Below the pieces are notes generated by a model, which saw only the letters and a list, made by a program, of their open reading frames with translations, ran no database searches and had not been told where the DNA came from. Shown here in pieces: positions 26,825 through 44,204 of a DNA stretch of 64,000 nt (positions are counted from its first letter, which is position 1; every line of letters begins with the position of its first letter). The position numbers were made by a program, and so were the translations under genes. Origin of the DNA: Neocallimastix sp. 'constans' (lineage: Eukaryota); the NCBI GenBank assembly GCA_050613775.1, contig JBODTK010000001.1, positions 372,001 through 436,000 on the forward strand. The letters run 5' to 3'.

Positions 26825-28726
26825 ATGGAAGTAGAAAAATCATTTCCAACATTAGGAGGAATATATTTTCTCCCCGGAACACAGATTAATTCATGGTTGA
26901 AATGTGGATCTCAAAGTATTGTTGATAAAAAGTCGGGTACCTTAGTTTTTGCAAATGAAGAAGGAATTATTGTTCTTGAAAAGGATTGTTGTTATTGCAC
27001 AAATGATGCAAAAAATAGAGTAAATAATCCAGTCAATTATTTTTTTAATTTTATATTTTGGATATAAAAAATATTTTATATTTTTATATTTTATTTTATT
27101 ATTGTATATCTATTCTCTTATTAACTATATTAAATATAAATTATGGAAATAAGAAGAATAAAATATAAAAATTTACATAAATAATGATAGAATAATATAT
27201 AGAATAAATATGATATAAATATAAATATATTGCAAAAAAGAAATTAAAAGAAATATATATTAATAAAATTTTTATATAAAAAAAATTCACTATTTCAATA
27301 TAAATATATAGAATCGATCATTATCGAGAATTAGCTTAAATGATGATTCAGGAGGTTCATCAAAAAGTTATCATTCTAAGCAAGATCAAAATTGGATTAG
27401 TAAAAGTTTGAGAAAATTAAGTATGGCATCACCAGTTACTCCAAATTTAAATAGTTATAAATCAAATACCGATAAACAAGATGCAAATTATTTAACAGAA
27501 GTAAATTTTAAATGGAATTATATTTTTTATTATTATTTTATATATATATATTTTAATTATTTATTTTAATAAATTAATATATTTTATAAATAAAAATAAA
27601 TATAATTATTAAAAAATATTAAATATATAATCATTTCATTGATAATATAATTATAAATATATTATATATATAAATGAAAACAAAAAAAAAAAAAAAAATA
27701 AAACAAAACAAAACAAAAAAATTAAATTAATACAAAATAATAGGATTATTCACTAGCAGCCAGTAAAAGTTATAATAGAAGTTATACAGCTACGTCACAA
27801 AAGGAAAAAAATACACTTTTCCAATCAATAAAATCTAAAATGAAAAAGAATCAGCAATATCATTCTAATGATGTCTTAATGTCAACAGGTAGTAGTCAAG
27901 ATGATAAACCAAGTAGAAGATTATCAAAATATGGAAATGAAATATTAAAGAAGTCAACGTTAGAAGCTCTTACAAATAGTAATAAAAAAGGAAAAGGTAC
28001 AGCATTAGCTAAAAACACAGAGGGAATAGGTTAGTCATTAAAATACATACATATATACATATGTATTTTTATTCTTAGAATATCAAAAACCATAATTTAT
28101 AAAAATATTCATTATAATATAATATAAAAATTTGATACAAAATATTTACTTCTTTTTTTTTGTTTTATTTAATTTTTTTTTTTTTTTTTTTTTTTTTGAA
28201 TTATTTTTTTTATCTTAATATAATATATTTTAAAATATATTTATAAATAAATATATATAGAAATAAGACCTTTTGAAACAAAAGATTCAGAAGAAATTAA
28301 TTGGAATAATAGAAAATTAATCAATAGCAATGATTATAAACCACGGTGTTTTAGAGCAGGAATATTAGATAGTGAAATATCGAGAAATTTTGCAATCGTA
28401 GGAACAACAGTAACGCATGAATATTTACCAGAAATGGATATTGTATGTGGATACGTTCAATTGGAGTTTGACAATGAAGAAAAAATTCCAGCTTATGCAA
28501 TATTACTTGATTATGAATTAATATTTTTTGAAGATGAAAAAGTAAAAAAAAAAAAAAATAAAAATAAAATTAAAATAATATAACTTTTATTGAATAGAAA
28601 TTAAAATTAGATTAAAAATAAGAAATTAAAAAAAATAGAAGAGAAAAATAGTAAAATAACATATAATTAATTAAGAAAAAGAAATTAATGTAATTAATTT
28701 TTTTTTTTTTTTATTTCTATCTCTCT

Positions 28727-28774
<48 letters not shown>

Positions 28775-30358
28775 GTGTAAAAACGAAATATTTAGAATTT
28801 CAACAGAATCATGTTCAGCATATTCAGAATCAAGGATAAATGATGGGAAAAATGATAGTAAATCAGAAGGAAAGAGTGATAAAGGTGAAAATAGAAAAAG
28901 TAAAACTGAAAGCTCAAAAGATAATATATTTGAAGGAAAAGAAGGAAAAGGAGATAAAAGTGAACATAGAAAAAGTAAATATGATAAGAATAAGAGTGAA
29001 AATAATTCAAAAGATAGTCTACTGATTGAAATAAAAGAAGGAAAAGGAGATAAGAGTGAACATAGAAAAAGTAAAAATGATAAAAGTAAGTGTGAAAGTT
29101 CTTCAAAAGATATTTTGGCTTTAAATGAAAAAGTTAAAGAAGAAGACTTTTCTTTTATAGTGTCAAATACACAATTTCAATTTAAATTATATACTTGCAA
29201 CAATGTATCTATGGTAAATAAGTATTTAATTAATATATTAGTCATTTTTATTTATAATTTTAATAAATTAAAAAAAAAAGAAATTTTTTTTTTTTATTTT
29301 TGATTTGAATAATATAAAGTAAAAGAAATTAATTTAATAGATTAATAATAAATTATTATAATTATTATTTTTTTTTGCTTTTTAACTAATTCTTTCTATT
29401 ATAGATAAGATGGATGGCTACTATCAACACTGCTAGTTCTAATATAGCGTTGGCATTACATTTATCTTCCCAATATCAACAACAATCTGAATCAATATTT
29501 GATGAAAATGGTAATTATAATGAGAAATTAAATATATAATTAACATACATAGATTTTCATATATATTATTTTGATAACTAATTATATATATATTTATATA
29601 TTTTTTTAATAATTTCTTTCCTTTAATATATGTTTATAAATTTTTTTATTATCTTTTTTTTTTTTTAATTTTTAGATCATTCATTTGATATATATAATAA
29701 AGAATATATAACATTAATAAGAGATTTTAATTATAATAATAAGATTGAAATCAATAAAAAAATTATTGAAAATAATAAGAGTGAAGAAAGATTACCATCA
29801 CCAACGATTCATGGGTCTCCTGTAGATTTAATTAACAAAAATATACCTATAATAGAGATTACCTCGAAAGATGATGGATTTTATGATCATGATTCAATAT
29901 GTAAGAAAAAAAATAGGTTAAGTGATTTTGAAGCGCAATTCAAAGATATTAAGATCCCTGAAGGAAATAATTCTCTTGAAAAATTAGATTCTAGTAACTT
30001 TTTAGATTGTACTAAAATTGATTTAACATCACCTTTATTTGATATGATTTGTAATTCCTCACCTAGTTTAAGTAATTCCAAAAAGGATACCGGTTTAGAA
30101 ATTGATATTTTGAATAAAAAACCAAAGAAAGAGAATTTTCAAGAAAAGGATGATATATTGGGTGATATTAATTCTTTTCAAAAACATGGTCGTCGTCAAA
30201 GTAGATCTAGTCGTTTATCAACTACCACAATTAGTACAATTAACACTGTTAATAGTGTAAACAGTAAAATAGATGAAGATATTCATTTCGAAAGTGACGG
30301 AAAATGTAAGTATTTTTTCAATATTAAATATTAAATATAAAATTTAATTTAAATATAA

Positions 30359-30403
<45 letters not shown>

Positions 30404-31005
30404 TTTCAATTTTATTATATAATATTTTTGAAAAATCAAATATATTAAATATATCTTTTATTATTATAATAATATTAAATCCAAAATTTTATTATTACTG
30501 TATTACTTTATTAATATTATATACTTTTTATTATTATATATAATTTTATTATTAATATTATTATTATTTTAATTTATTTAAAGATGGAAGTACTATGTCA
30601 AGTATATATTGTGCAACTTCGGAAAGACTTATCGAAGGTATATGGATAGGAGAAGATACACCAGGTAAATATAAATATAAATATATATTTATTTTAAATT
30701 AAATCAATTTTTAACATAAATTTCTTTTGTAATATTTATTTATAAATAATAATTAAAAAAAAAAATTTTTTTTTAATATTTAAATTATTATATATATATA
30801 TATATATATATTTAAACTATTTAAACTGATTATTAAGAAATTGAATTTCTGGATACCCTTATTTATACCTATAGACATTTTTGTACTGCTGATTATATTA
30901 TGGATAAATTATTAATAAAATATCCTTTTTTATATATTTAATATACATATTTATTACTTTTATTTTATTAATAAAACAATTTTTTTTTTATTAAAAAATT
31001 TCCAT

Positions 31006-31042
<37 letters not shown>

Positions 31043-33417
31043 ATTTTACATTCCAAGAAAAACTTCCATCTAATTCAGATACTTTCATGGAAGAAGATTT
31101 TCTACTTTGGAAACCAATAATTATGATTAGAATAGCAAATTATATTAAGAGATGGTTAACTCTATCATCTGTAGATTTTAGAGTGGTATCTGTTAGAAGT
31201 AAATTAGATACTTTTATCAATTCACTATCCAAAATTTCTGTCTTTGAAAATACTGAACCAATATATTCATACATGTTTTATAAGGATTTATTTTCTTTAC
31301 AAAAAATGTTTATTAAATATACTAATGAAGTCGTTAGTATTAAAATTAATTTATTAAAATAAAATATATCTATAATGAATTATATATTTAATAAATAAAA
31401 TATATCATTTTATTTAATATACAAACTAACATAATATATCTATATTATATTGTATTTTAATCATTATTATTTAATATTTTTATTATCTTTAATTATAATA
31501 AGTTAAAAGATATTGATTTTGCACAAAAAACAGATGATACCAAAGAAAATCAAAAATTACCCGAATTTATTAATTTAGATCCAACCATGGTTGCATATAA
31601 ACTTACAGCAATGGAAGCAGAAAGATTCCAAAATATAAAACCAATTGAATTTATTCTTAATCTTTGGAATACTAATGATGAATCTCAATATATTCAGCAT
31701 GAAATGAATCATTTAAAAGAAATGGTTGATGCATCTAATCATGTAAGTTTTAATAACAATTCTTTTTATTTTTTATTTTTAAATATTAATATTTTTCTAT
31801 TATTTATATATTTTAATTTTTTTTTTTATTTTCTTTTAATTTCTTTTATAATTAAAAACAAATCAGTTAAGTTATTGGGTTATTACAGAAATTTTAACCC
31901 AACCTTTATTAAAACCAAGAGTTAAAGTTTTGGAAATGTTTATTAAAATTGCACATGTAAGTATAAAATATATTTTATCAAAGTGAAAATTGAAAAAAAA
32001 AAAACAAGGACCATAAAAATTCAAATTAACATGAATTCCCTTTTTATATTATTATTATTTATTAGATATGTAAAAAGTTAAATAATTATCAAACATTATT
32101 TTCAATTTGCTCTGGTTTAGGTCATTCACAAATAACAAGATTAAAAATGACTTGGGAGGTATATAAATTTTACAATATATATATTACTTGTTTTTTCGTT
32201 TTATTTCTTTTTTGTTTTTTTTTGTTTAAAAGATTTTTAATTAAATCCATAAAATATAATTATTATATTATTATAAATATTAAATTATATAGGAATTTTT
32301 TTTTAATTTATACTTTTTAATTATTTATTTTTTTATTTTTTTTTTTTTTATTTTTTTTTATTCATTTATAATTATCATTAGGCAATTCAACCTAAATATA
32401 AGAATAGATTCAATGATTTAGAAAAAATAACCTCTATAGCTAAAAATTATAATACCTATCGTCAAATACATGCCAATTTATCTGAAAAAGATAAAAATAC
32501 ATCACAATATATTCCATTCATTGCATTACTAATTAAAGATTTGTATTTCTTTAATGATGGTAATCCTAAATATATTGATGAATCTAAATTAAAAAGTCTG
32601 AAAAATGAAGAAGCTGAATCCACATCTGTTAATGATCAAGATCAAGATCAAGATGCCTCTGTAAGTAATTCTAATAATGAAAGTAATCCTACCTCTTCTC
32701 TTCTTGCAACCAGTCTAAAATCCACAGACAATGATATCTCTTCATTTTTAACTAGTTCCACATCAAATTATTCTTTAAATCAAGATTTTGGACTAGGAGG
32801 TGGCGATGAAGCTGATTCTAATTCTTCTATATTTGATAAAAAAGGTCATGAATCTATTCTAGATGATGATGATGATCTTTTAGATATTAAATTATGTGAA
32901 ACTAAATCTGAAAGTGAATTACCTACTGAACTTGGACCCCAAAATGACATAGAAAGTTTAAATAATAAAGTATTATCTGTTGAATCTACAACTTCTACTG
33001 TAACGGTAACTACTTCCTCTACTCAAATGATAAATTTCTATAAATTGAAAAAGATTATGGAACAAATTCGAAAAATTGAACATTGTCAAAGACAATCATG
33101 TAATTATCAATTTCATAATTTATCAACCCCATTAGAGGATCAAGAATTACCACGTAATTATTATCATGTATTAAATAATGATAAAGCATTGAATAAATAC
33201 TCTTTACTATGTGAACAAAGAGAAGGGGCTCCTGTTCGTATGGTATCAAAAGTAAGTTAAAATGAACAAATATTATATTTATATAAATATTTTTTTTAAG
33301 CATTTTTTAATTAATTTTTATTAATATTTTTTTTTATATATGTTTACTAATAATATATAAATCATGTTAAATCTATATATTTATATATATTAATAGTGGG
33401 TTGAAGATAATAAATAA
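26825..33417 (+). CDS. Ras guanine nucleotide exchange factor (PH-like, REM and CDC25 domains), multi-exon
   Basis: The REM domain reads CATSERLIE...FLDTLIYTYRHFCTADYIMDKLLIKF. The CDC25 domain reads LDPTMVAYKLTAMEAERFQNIKPIEF, N.LSYWVITEIL, RVKVLEMFIKIA..CKKLNNY, ITRLKMTWE, KNYNTYR, IPFIALLIKDLYFFNDGNP, INFYKLKK and YSLLCEQRE. The last exon WVEDNK* is at 33397-33417. Confidence 0.92.
30920..31049 (+). other. U12-type (minor spliceosome) AT-AC intron, 130 nt, phase 2
   Basis: 5' end ATATCCTTTT, branch-like TTTCCATAAC at 30999-31008, and 3' end TTTTAC. Removing it joins AA|A and gives the continuous frame DKLLIKFQEKLPSNSDTFMEED. Confidence 0.9.
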
Positions 33418-33900
33418 ATTCATATTGATAAATAATACTATTATTATTTTAAAATTAAAATTAAAACCAATTTATAAATAATACATATATATCCTCTTTT
33501 TTTTTTTTTCTTTTGTTATAAAAGGAAAGAAAAGTATTAATTTAAACATTTGCTATTGCATTTCTCAATATACATTAAAAGAAATAAATTAATTGTTAGA
33601 TAATAATAATTTTTTTTTATCTATACTTTCTATTTTTATTTTTAAATTATTATTATTAATATTATTATAATATTTTTTTTTTAAATTAAATTTTAAATAT
33701 TAATGAATTTTTTTATTCTAATTATAAAAAAAAAAAAATTAAGTAAAAATAAATAAAATTCATTGATATATTTTTAAAAAAAATATTGTAAAATTTTTAA
33801 TATTTATAAATATAAATCTTATCGTATAATAACATAAACATATTATATAAATACCAGTAGTAAAAAAAAAAATACTATTAAAATAAATTAAAACAAATAA

Positions 33901-33904
<4 letters not shown>

Positions 33905-33966
<62 letters not shown>
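33905..33966. repeat. (AAT)n microsatellite
   Basis: About 20 perfect units. Confidence 0.95.
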
Positions 33967-33972
<6 letters not shown>

Positions 33973-34038
33973 GCCTTAAATAAAAGAATATATATAAAAT
34001 TTAATATTTTATACAACATTCATTATTGAAAATAAATA

Positions 34039-34084
<46 letters not shown>

Positions 34085-34202
34085 ATCATATTAAAAAAAA
34101 AAAAAAAAAAAAAAGAACATTTATCTAATGAATAAATAAAGAAATAAAAATAATTATAAATTTTGAAATCAAGTTATTTTTTTTTTTTTTAATTATAAAA
34201 AA

Positions 34203-34243
<41 letters not shown>

Positions 34244-35122
34244 TATTTTAATTTTTTTTTATTTTTTTTTTTTTTAATTTTTTTTTGTAGTCTAAGAAGA
34301 GAATACATAATGAAAATAATATGAAACTTAAAAAAAAAAAAAAAAAAAAACATTGAAATAATATAGTATAGTGTTCCATTTAATATTTAAATTTTTATTG
34401 TAATAAGTTTTAAAATAAGAAAAATATAAATAAAATATTATTGAAAATAATTTATATTAATATCATATTAATGGAAAAAAAAAAAAAAATCAAAAAAAAA
34501 AAAAAAACTATATTCATATAATTTTTTCTCTAACTATGAGAATTATTAATAATAAATACAATATTGAAGGATTACTGTATATAGAATGATAATTACAATT
34601 TATATTTAACGAATTACAGTGATTAAAACTTGAAAATAAATAAATATAATAATAGTTGTTATTTTTTTATGACATATTCGTTTGACATTAATTCTCGAAA
34701 TTACAAAGGTTTACATAATTTTTTGTTAAAATTTTATTTTTTATTATAATGATAAAAAATTTTCTATATCTCATTTTTTATTTTTTAATTTTCTTTAATT
34801 ATATAATAATCAGATATCTAATTTGAAAAAAAAAAATTGATGTAATAATAATAAGGATGATATTTGTATTTATATATAATACGATAATTTATAATTGAAT
34901 CATTATAGAATAGTTATAAAATAATAAATATTGTTATTGTTATTGTTATTATCTCTTTTTCTTTTATTTTAACTACTTTAAATTTAATAAATAAATAATA
35001 TTTAATGATAATAATGTTGAAACGACTGTATTTACAGGATAAATAAAATAATTAAAAAAATATTGACTTTCTTTTTTTTTTTTGTTTGTTTGTTTAAATT
35101 ATTACTTTTAATTTTCTTTTTA

Positions 35123-38884
<3,762 letters not shown>

Positions 38885-39077
38885 TGTGAATTTTTTATTG
38901 TTATTATTAATAAATAAGTAATAAAATGTAAATATAATAATACTTTATTTTAATTTAATGTAATTTTATTTATTTATTTTTAAAAAAGTATATATGATAA
39001 TATTAATTTTAATTTTTTTTAATGTTTTATATTTAATATTTTGTATATTTTATTCTTTTAAGATTTTTTTAAACAAA

Positions 39078-39111
<34 letters not shown>

Positions 39112-40359
39112 AATGTCTGAATTATCGTTTTATATAAATTTCTTTTTAATAATAATTTTTATTAATCAATCCTTTATGAATATTTTTTTTTTTTTTTTTT
39201 TTTTTTTGACAATTTTAATAAATATAAAAATTTATATTTTTTATTTATTTATATACTTATTTATTTATTTATTTATTTATTTATTTTGATTAATTTAATT
39301 AATTTGAAAATTCTGGTATAAATTAATAATAAAAATATGAATATAAAATTAAAATTAAAATTTAATAAAAAATTCAAAATCTTTTTTTTTCTACCAATAC
39401 AATATAAACAATATAATAAATGGAAAAAAGGAAAAAAGGAAAATTCTGAAAAGGAAAAGAAGAGAAAGGTAAAAAAAATTCAACCATAATTTTTTTTTTT
39501 TCTTTTAAATTTGATATCATCTAAAATGAGATTAATTACTAATTAACCCTTGTTTTAGTTATTGCTAGAATTCTTTTTCTAAAGTTATATATATATATTT
39601 TTTTTTCTTTTCCTTTATGTTTTTATATATGATTTTATTTGAAATAATTAAAATTGACAAATAAAATTTTAAATTTTTTTTCAATTAATTTTTTTTATAT
39701 TTTTAATATGTATACAAAATAAATTAAAATAAAATAAAATAAATTAAATTAAAAAAAAAAAGTAACCAGATTTTAAAATATTTTTTTAAAAAAATAAACT
39801 TTAAAAAAGATACATTCAAAATGTTATTAAAATGGATTCTAGAATGAAAATTTTTTTACTTTTAAAAATGAAATTAATTATATTACAATTGTATTACGTT
39901 ATTGATACATTATTATCACATTTATTACATTTATTTATTTATTTAACTTATTTATCTATAATATGAATCATAAATAAATTATAATAATAAATAGTTAATT
40001 ATTATTTATTATAATTATTTATATTACTTATTACTTATCATAACCACAACAGCATTAATTATAAGATCAGTAATAGATAATAAATAATAAATAATAAATA
40101 ATAAATAATAAATAATAAATAATAGATAATAAATAATAAATAATAAATAATAAATAATAAAAAGAGTATTTATTAATATATAATAAATAATAAATAATAA
40201 ATAATAAAAAAAATTTTTGTTAGAAATTATTAGTAATAATCAAATAACTATATTAATTATTATACCTATAAAATTAGAAATTAAATATAATTTTAGTATG
40301 TAGTAATAAAGTTATACATTTTTTATATAATTAAATTTTTTTTTTAATAAATCAAAGCT

Positions 40360-41520
40360 TTATATGAATTAGATATTAAAAAACATGACATAAACTTTTT
40401 TACCCGAGTTAATAAAAAGTTTAAAAAAATTTTATTATAAAAACATTCTCATGGCAAATATTAATAAGCATTAGATAAAAATTTAGTTTCTATGTTTATG
40501 GGACTAATTTATATCATCATTCATCCATCCCTTGTACTAAACGTATGACTAGAGAGGAAATAGATAAATTGAAAAGAAAACTCAATAAAAAAAAAAAAAG
40601 AAAAAATAATAGTTTTTGGATATGTTATAATGTTATGACATTTAAATAACGAAAAAAGAATCCAAAACATTGAATTTATTAGTAATATTGCCAACTTGAG
40701 ATATTTGTAAAGAATTAACTTCAAGAAAATGTAGAAATAAAAACATTGGTTTTATTGATGAATCTTGGGAAATTTTAAATACTGTTATGAGCTAATATAA
40801 TTTAAATGAACAACTAACTAATTTAATATTAAAAATCTACAAAAACAGCGTTTTTTTTTTTTTTTTAAGGATGATACAGAATTTATAGAAAAAGAGCCAA
40901 ATAAATAAAAATATGAAGCAAGTAATAATTATAACCTTTACTTCTCATTCATGAAAGACAACAATAGAAAAGACAGGAACACAGAAGGAAAGAAGAAGAA
41001 AATAATACAAATGAAAATAATGTTCATAACAACCATATAAAGGAGAACATTCAGAATAATAACAATAATATACATGAAAATAATTTAAATAAAGAATACA
41101 ATTTAAATAAAAAAAAACAACTTAAATAAAGAAAACATCTTAAATGAAGAAAATACTTTAAATGAAGAAAATAGAAATGAAAAAACTAATAAAGAACACA
41201 AAATAATTATATTAAAAATAACTATAACCATTAATATTTCATTGAATAAAGAGACTCCAGATATTGATAATAAAAATAAGACCAGGGAAAGTAACTATAA
41301 TTTAAACAATAAAAAATCAAGAGAAAATTTACAAAATTTAACAGCAAATAATAATTTAAAAAAAAAAATATTTTAATAATTAAAATTTTTTAAAAAATCA
41401 AGAAAATTTTCAAAAAAATTTATTGGCCGAAGCAAAATCACATTCATATAACAACATTAGCGATTCACATAAATCTATTAATAATTCAAATAAATAAATG
41501 GAAATCTAAAATTTACCAAA
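40360..41520 (+). pseudogene. Decayed ORF remnant, possibly retroelement ORF1-like, with an Asn/Lys/Glu-rich tail
   Basis: Broken coding-like stretches (SSIPCTKRMTREEIDK; LNKENILNEENTLNEENRNE). No diagnostic motif. Confidence 0.25.
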
Positions 41521-42327
41521 AAATGATCTAGACTTAATAAAGCTAACAATAATAATAATAATGAAAATAATAAATTACTATTTATTTATTAAAACATTTT
41601 GTAAAAATATAATTTTATATAATTTTACTAATATAATTATTGAGGTAATAAATAAATAAGTAAATAAATAAATATATATATATATAAATAAATAAAATAA
41701 ATGATGTAATTAAATATATAATGTAATATAATATCACTATATATAATTGTAAATTCTATTTATATAATTATTGCCATAAATGAAAATTTTATTCATTTAT
41801 TATTTATATATTCATTTATATTTATTATACATTTTTATTAATTAAATATTTATTTATTTACATGTTGTTATTATTTTTATATTTAAATGTCTTTGTCTTT
41901 TAATTTATCTTGAACAAATAAGAATAAATGGAATATTCGAAAAGCAATAATCCAAGGCAATTAACATCAAAAAAAAAAAAAAAAAAAAAAGGAAATATTT
42001 TAATTATTTTGCTCTTCTTTTATTTTGAAATCTTCGCTTTTAAAAATTAAAAAAAATAATTAAAAATAAAAGTTAATCAACGACTGTACCTTATATATAG
42101 AATATATATAAAATTTAAATAGATAATAATAAATTTGTTATTGTATAAAGAGTAACAGTATAACAACAGATTATTATTATTTATTATTATCATTATTATT
42201 AAATAAATAAACATAAATAATAATTGTAATTGATAACAAATAATATTTAACATTAAGATTAATTCTCATATTATTAAAAATCTATCAACTATAAATAAAA
42301 ACGGTAATTTTATAATTAATAAAAAAA

Positions 42328-43647
42328 ATGAGAATCGCGGATATTTTAAATCTAAATCGTTATAATTTACAACGGAAAAACGAAAATAAACTTTATATTC
42401 CTCCTAATACAGGAAAAGTGAAATGGCAACATATTTTAATGTTTTCGAGTTCTGTAATTCCAAAAATTTATATTCCAGTTATCACTTTTTCAGTATGGAC
42501 TATCTTATTACAAATATTATACATATTTTTTGGAGAAAATAATTATGTAAAAAGATGTTTTTTCCCTAGTACCCTTTCTGTTTATCTTGGTTTAGTAGTT
42601 TCATTATTACTGGTTTTCCGTAATAATAGTGCTTATGACCGTTATTGGGAAGGCAGAAAGACATGGGCTAGTATAATTAATCATGCTCGTAATTTGGCCC
42701 GTCACATATGGATTTGTATTGATGTTGAAGAAAATGACCCACAAAAGGATGTAAAATTAAACTTAAAAATGGGTGTTATGCGTTTAATTATTGCCTTAGT
42801 TGTTTCTATTAAACATTCTTTAAGAGGAGAATTTGGTTGGGATTATGAGGATTTAGCTGAATTAGTAAAACATGTACCAAATTTTAATTCTTTATTTACA
42901 AAGGCTTCAAAACGTATTTTAAAAATTCTTCCAGTAGAAATTGCATATCATATTGAAAGTTATATTTATCTTCAAAAGGACTTACCTGTCCCTATTGTTA
43001 ATCCTTGCTATGCATCTCTTAATTCTATTATAGAGAATTTTACTTCTTGTGAAAGAATTCTTACTACACCAATTCCATTAATATATGGTATTCATATTAA
43101 ACACGTTGTCGTTTGTTATTTAGCCACCCTTCCATTACAAATTATTCCTACATGTGGATGGGCTTCAGTCATTATTGTATTATTAACTTCTTTTACCTTC
43201 TTTGGTATTGAAGCTATTGGTTCTGAAATTGAAAATCCATTTGGTAATGATGAAAATGATTTAAAGCTTAATGAATATTGCATACAAATTCAAGAAGAAA
43301 TTAATGGTATGATGGATTTCTTCCCAAATTCAACAAGTTGTCTAAATTGGTTAGAATTAGAAGAAATTAAAGAAAATGACTCTACATCCGATAATGAATT
43401 TGTTTCTATACCAATAGATGAAGGTGAAGAAAACAAAACTAGTGGAACTCAACCTCGCATGTTAACTAAAAAAGATTTAACAATACGCATGACTCATAAG
43501 AATCTTAATTCCTCTTCTTCTAGTTCTAGTTTATTAACAAAAGAAAGGAAAAGTGATTTTATTGGAAGTATATCAAATATAACTGTTCCTCGTCGTAGTA
43601 CTACTAATAAAAATAATAAATATGATGATTTTGTGGAACTTGTTTAA
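42328..43647 (+). CDS. Bestrophin family (UPF0187/RFP-TM type) anion channel, intronless, 439 aa
   Basis: Motifs LLVFRNNSAYDRYWEGRKTW, ERILTTPIPLIY and GIEAIGSEIENPFGNDENDL, with TM segments. Confidence 0.93.
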   Translation: MRIADILNLNRYNLQRKNENKLYIPPNTGKVKWQHILMFSSSVIPKIYIPVITFSVWTILLQILYIFFGENNYVKRCFFPSTLSVYLGLVVSLLLVFRNNSAYDRYWEGRKTWASIINHARNLARHIWICIDVEENDPQKDVKLNLKMGVMRLIIALVVSIKHSLRGEFGWDYEDLAELVKHVPNFNSLFTKASKRILKILPVEIAYHIESYIYLQKDLPVPIVNPCYASLNSIIENFTSCERILTTPIPLIYGIHIKHVVVCYLATLPLQIIPTCGWASVIIVLLTSFTFFGIEAIGSEIENPFGNDENDLKLNEYCIQIQEEINGMMDFFPNSTSCLNWLELEEIKENDSTSDNEFVSIPIDEGEENKTSGTQPRMLTKKDLTIRMTHKNLNSSSSSSSLLTKERKSDFIGSISNITVPRRSTTNKNNKYDDFVELV

Positions 43648-44204
43648 AATTTTTAAATTAAAATGGAACTAAAATTCGCTTCTGTATTATCTGTAACAAA
43701 GTATTCAAAGTATAACATAAATAATATCATTCGTGTATATATATAAATATATAAATAATTCCTTCTTTGTGTAAATATACATATATATATATAAATAATA
43801 TCATTCCTGTGTATATATGTTTACAATTACAAATATATTAGAAAGCTATAATTTTCATTCTTTAAATAATTTTAAATTTTTATTTAGATGTCACTATAAA
43901 CAGTTTTCTCATAAAATCTTATTAAAGGATTTTGTTCGTTAATCATATTGATATTTTAATATTGTTGACATTTTTACAACATATATTTATACTTCCAATT
44001 TTTTACAATCATTTTTTATATGAAAATTGTTTTTTATTATTATATCAATATATATATAGAATTTATTTCTTCATATTTTTTTTATTTAATAATATCAGTA
44101 AATATAAATGATCATAATAATTTTAATAAAGATAATATTTAATATAAATGAACATATATATATAATTAATATATCTTTTTTTTTTTTGTGTTTAATTTTT
44201 GTTT

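Noticed and set aside
28792..29106. ORFs 28792-29106 (-) and 28840-29025 (+)
   Set aside because: They are antisense or off-frame readings of a RasGEF exon. The same applies to 29887-30081, 33055-33303 and 23229-23450 (AP sigma).
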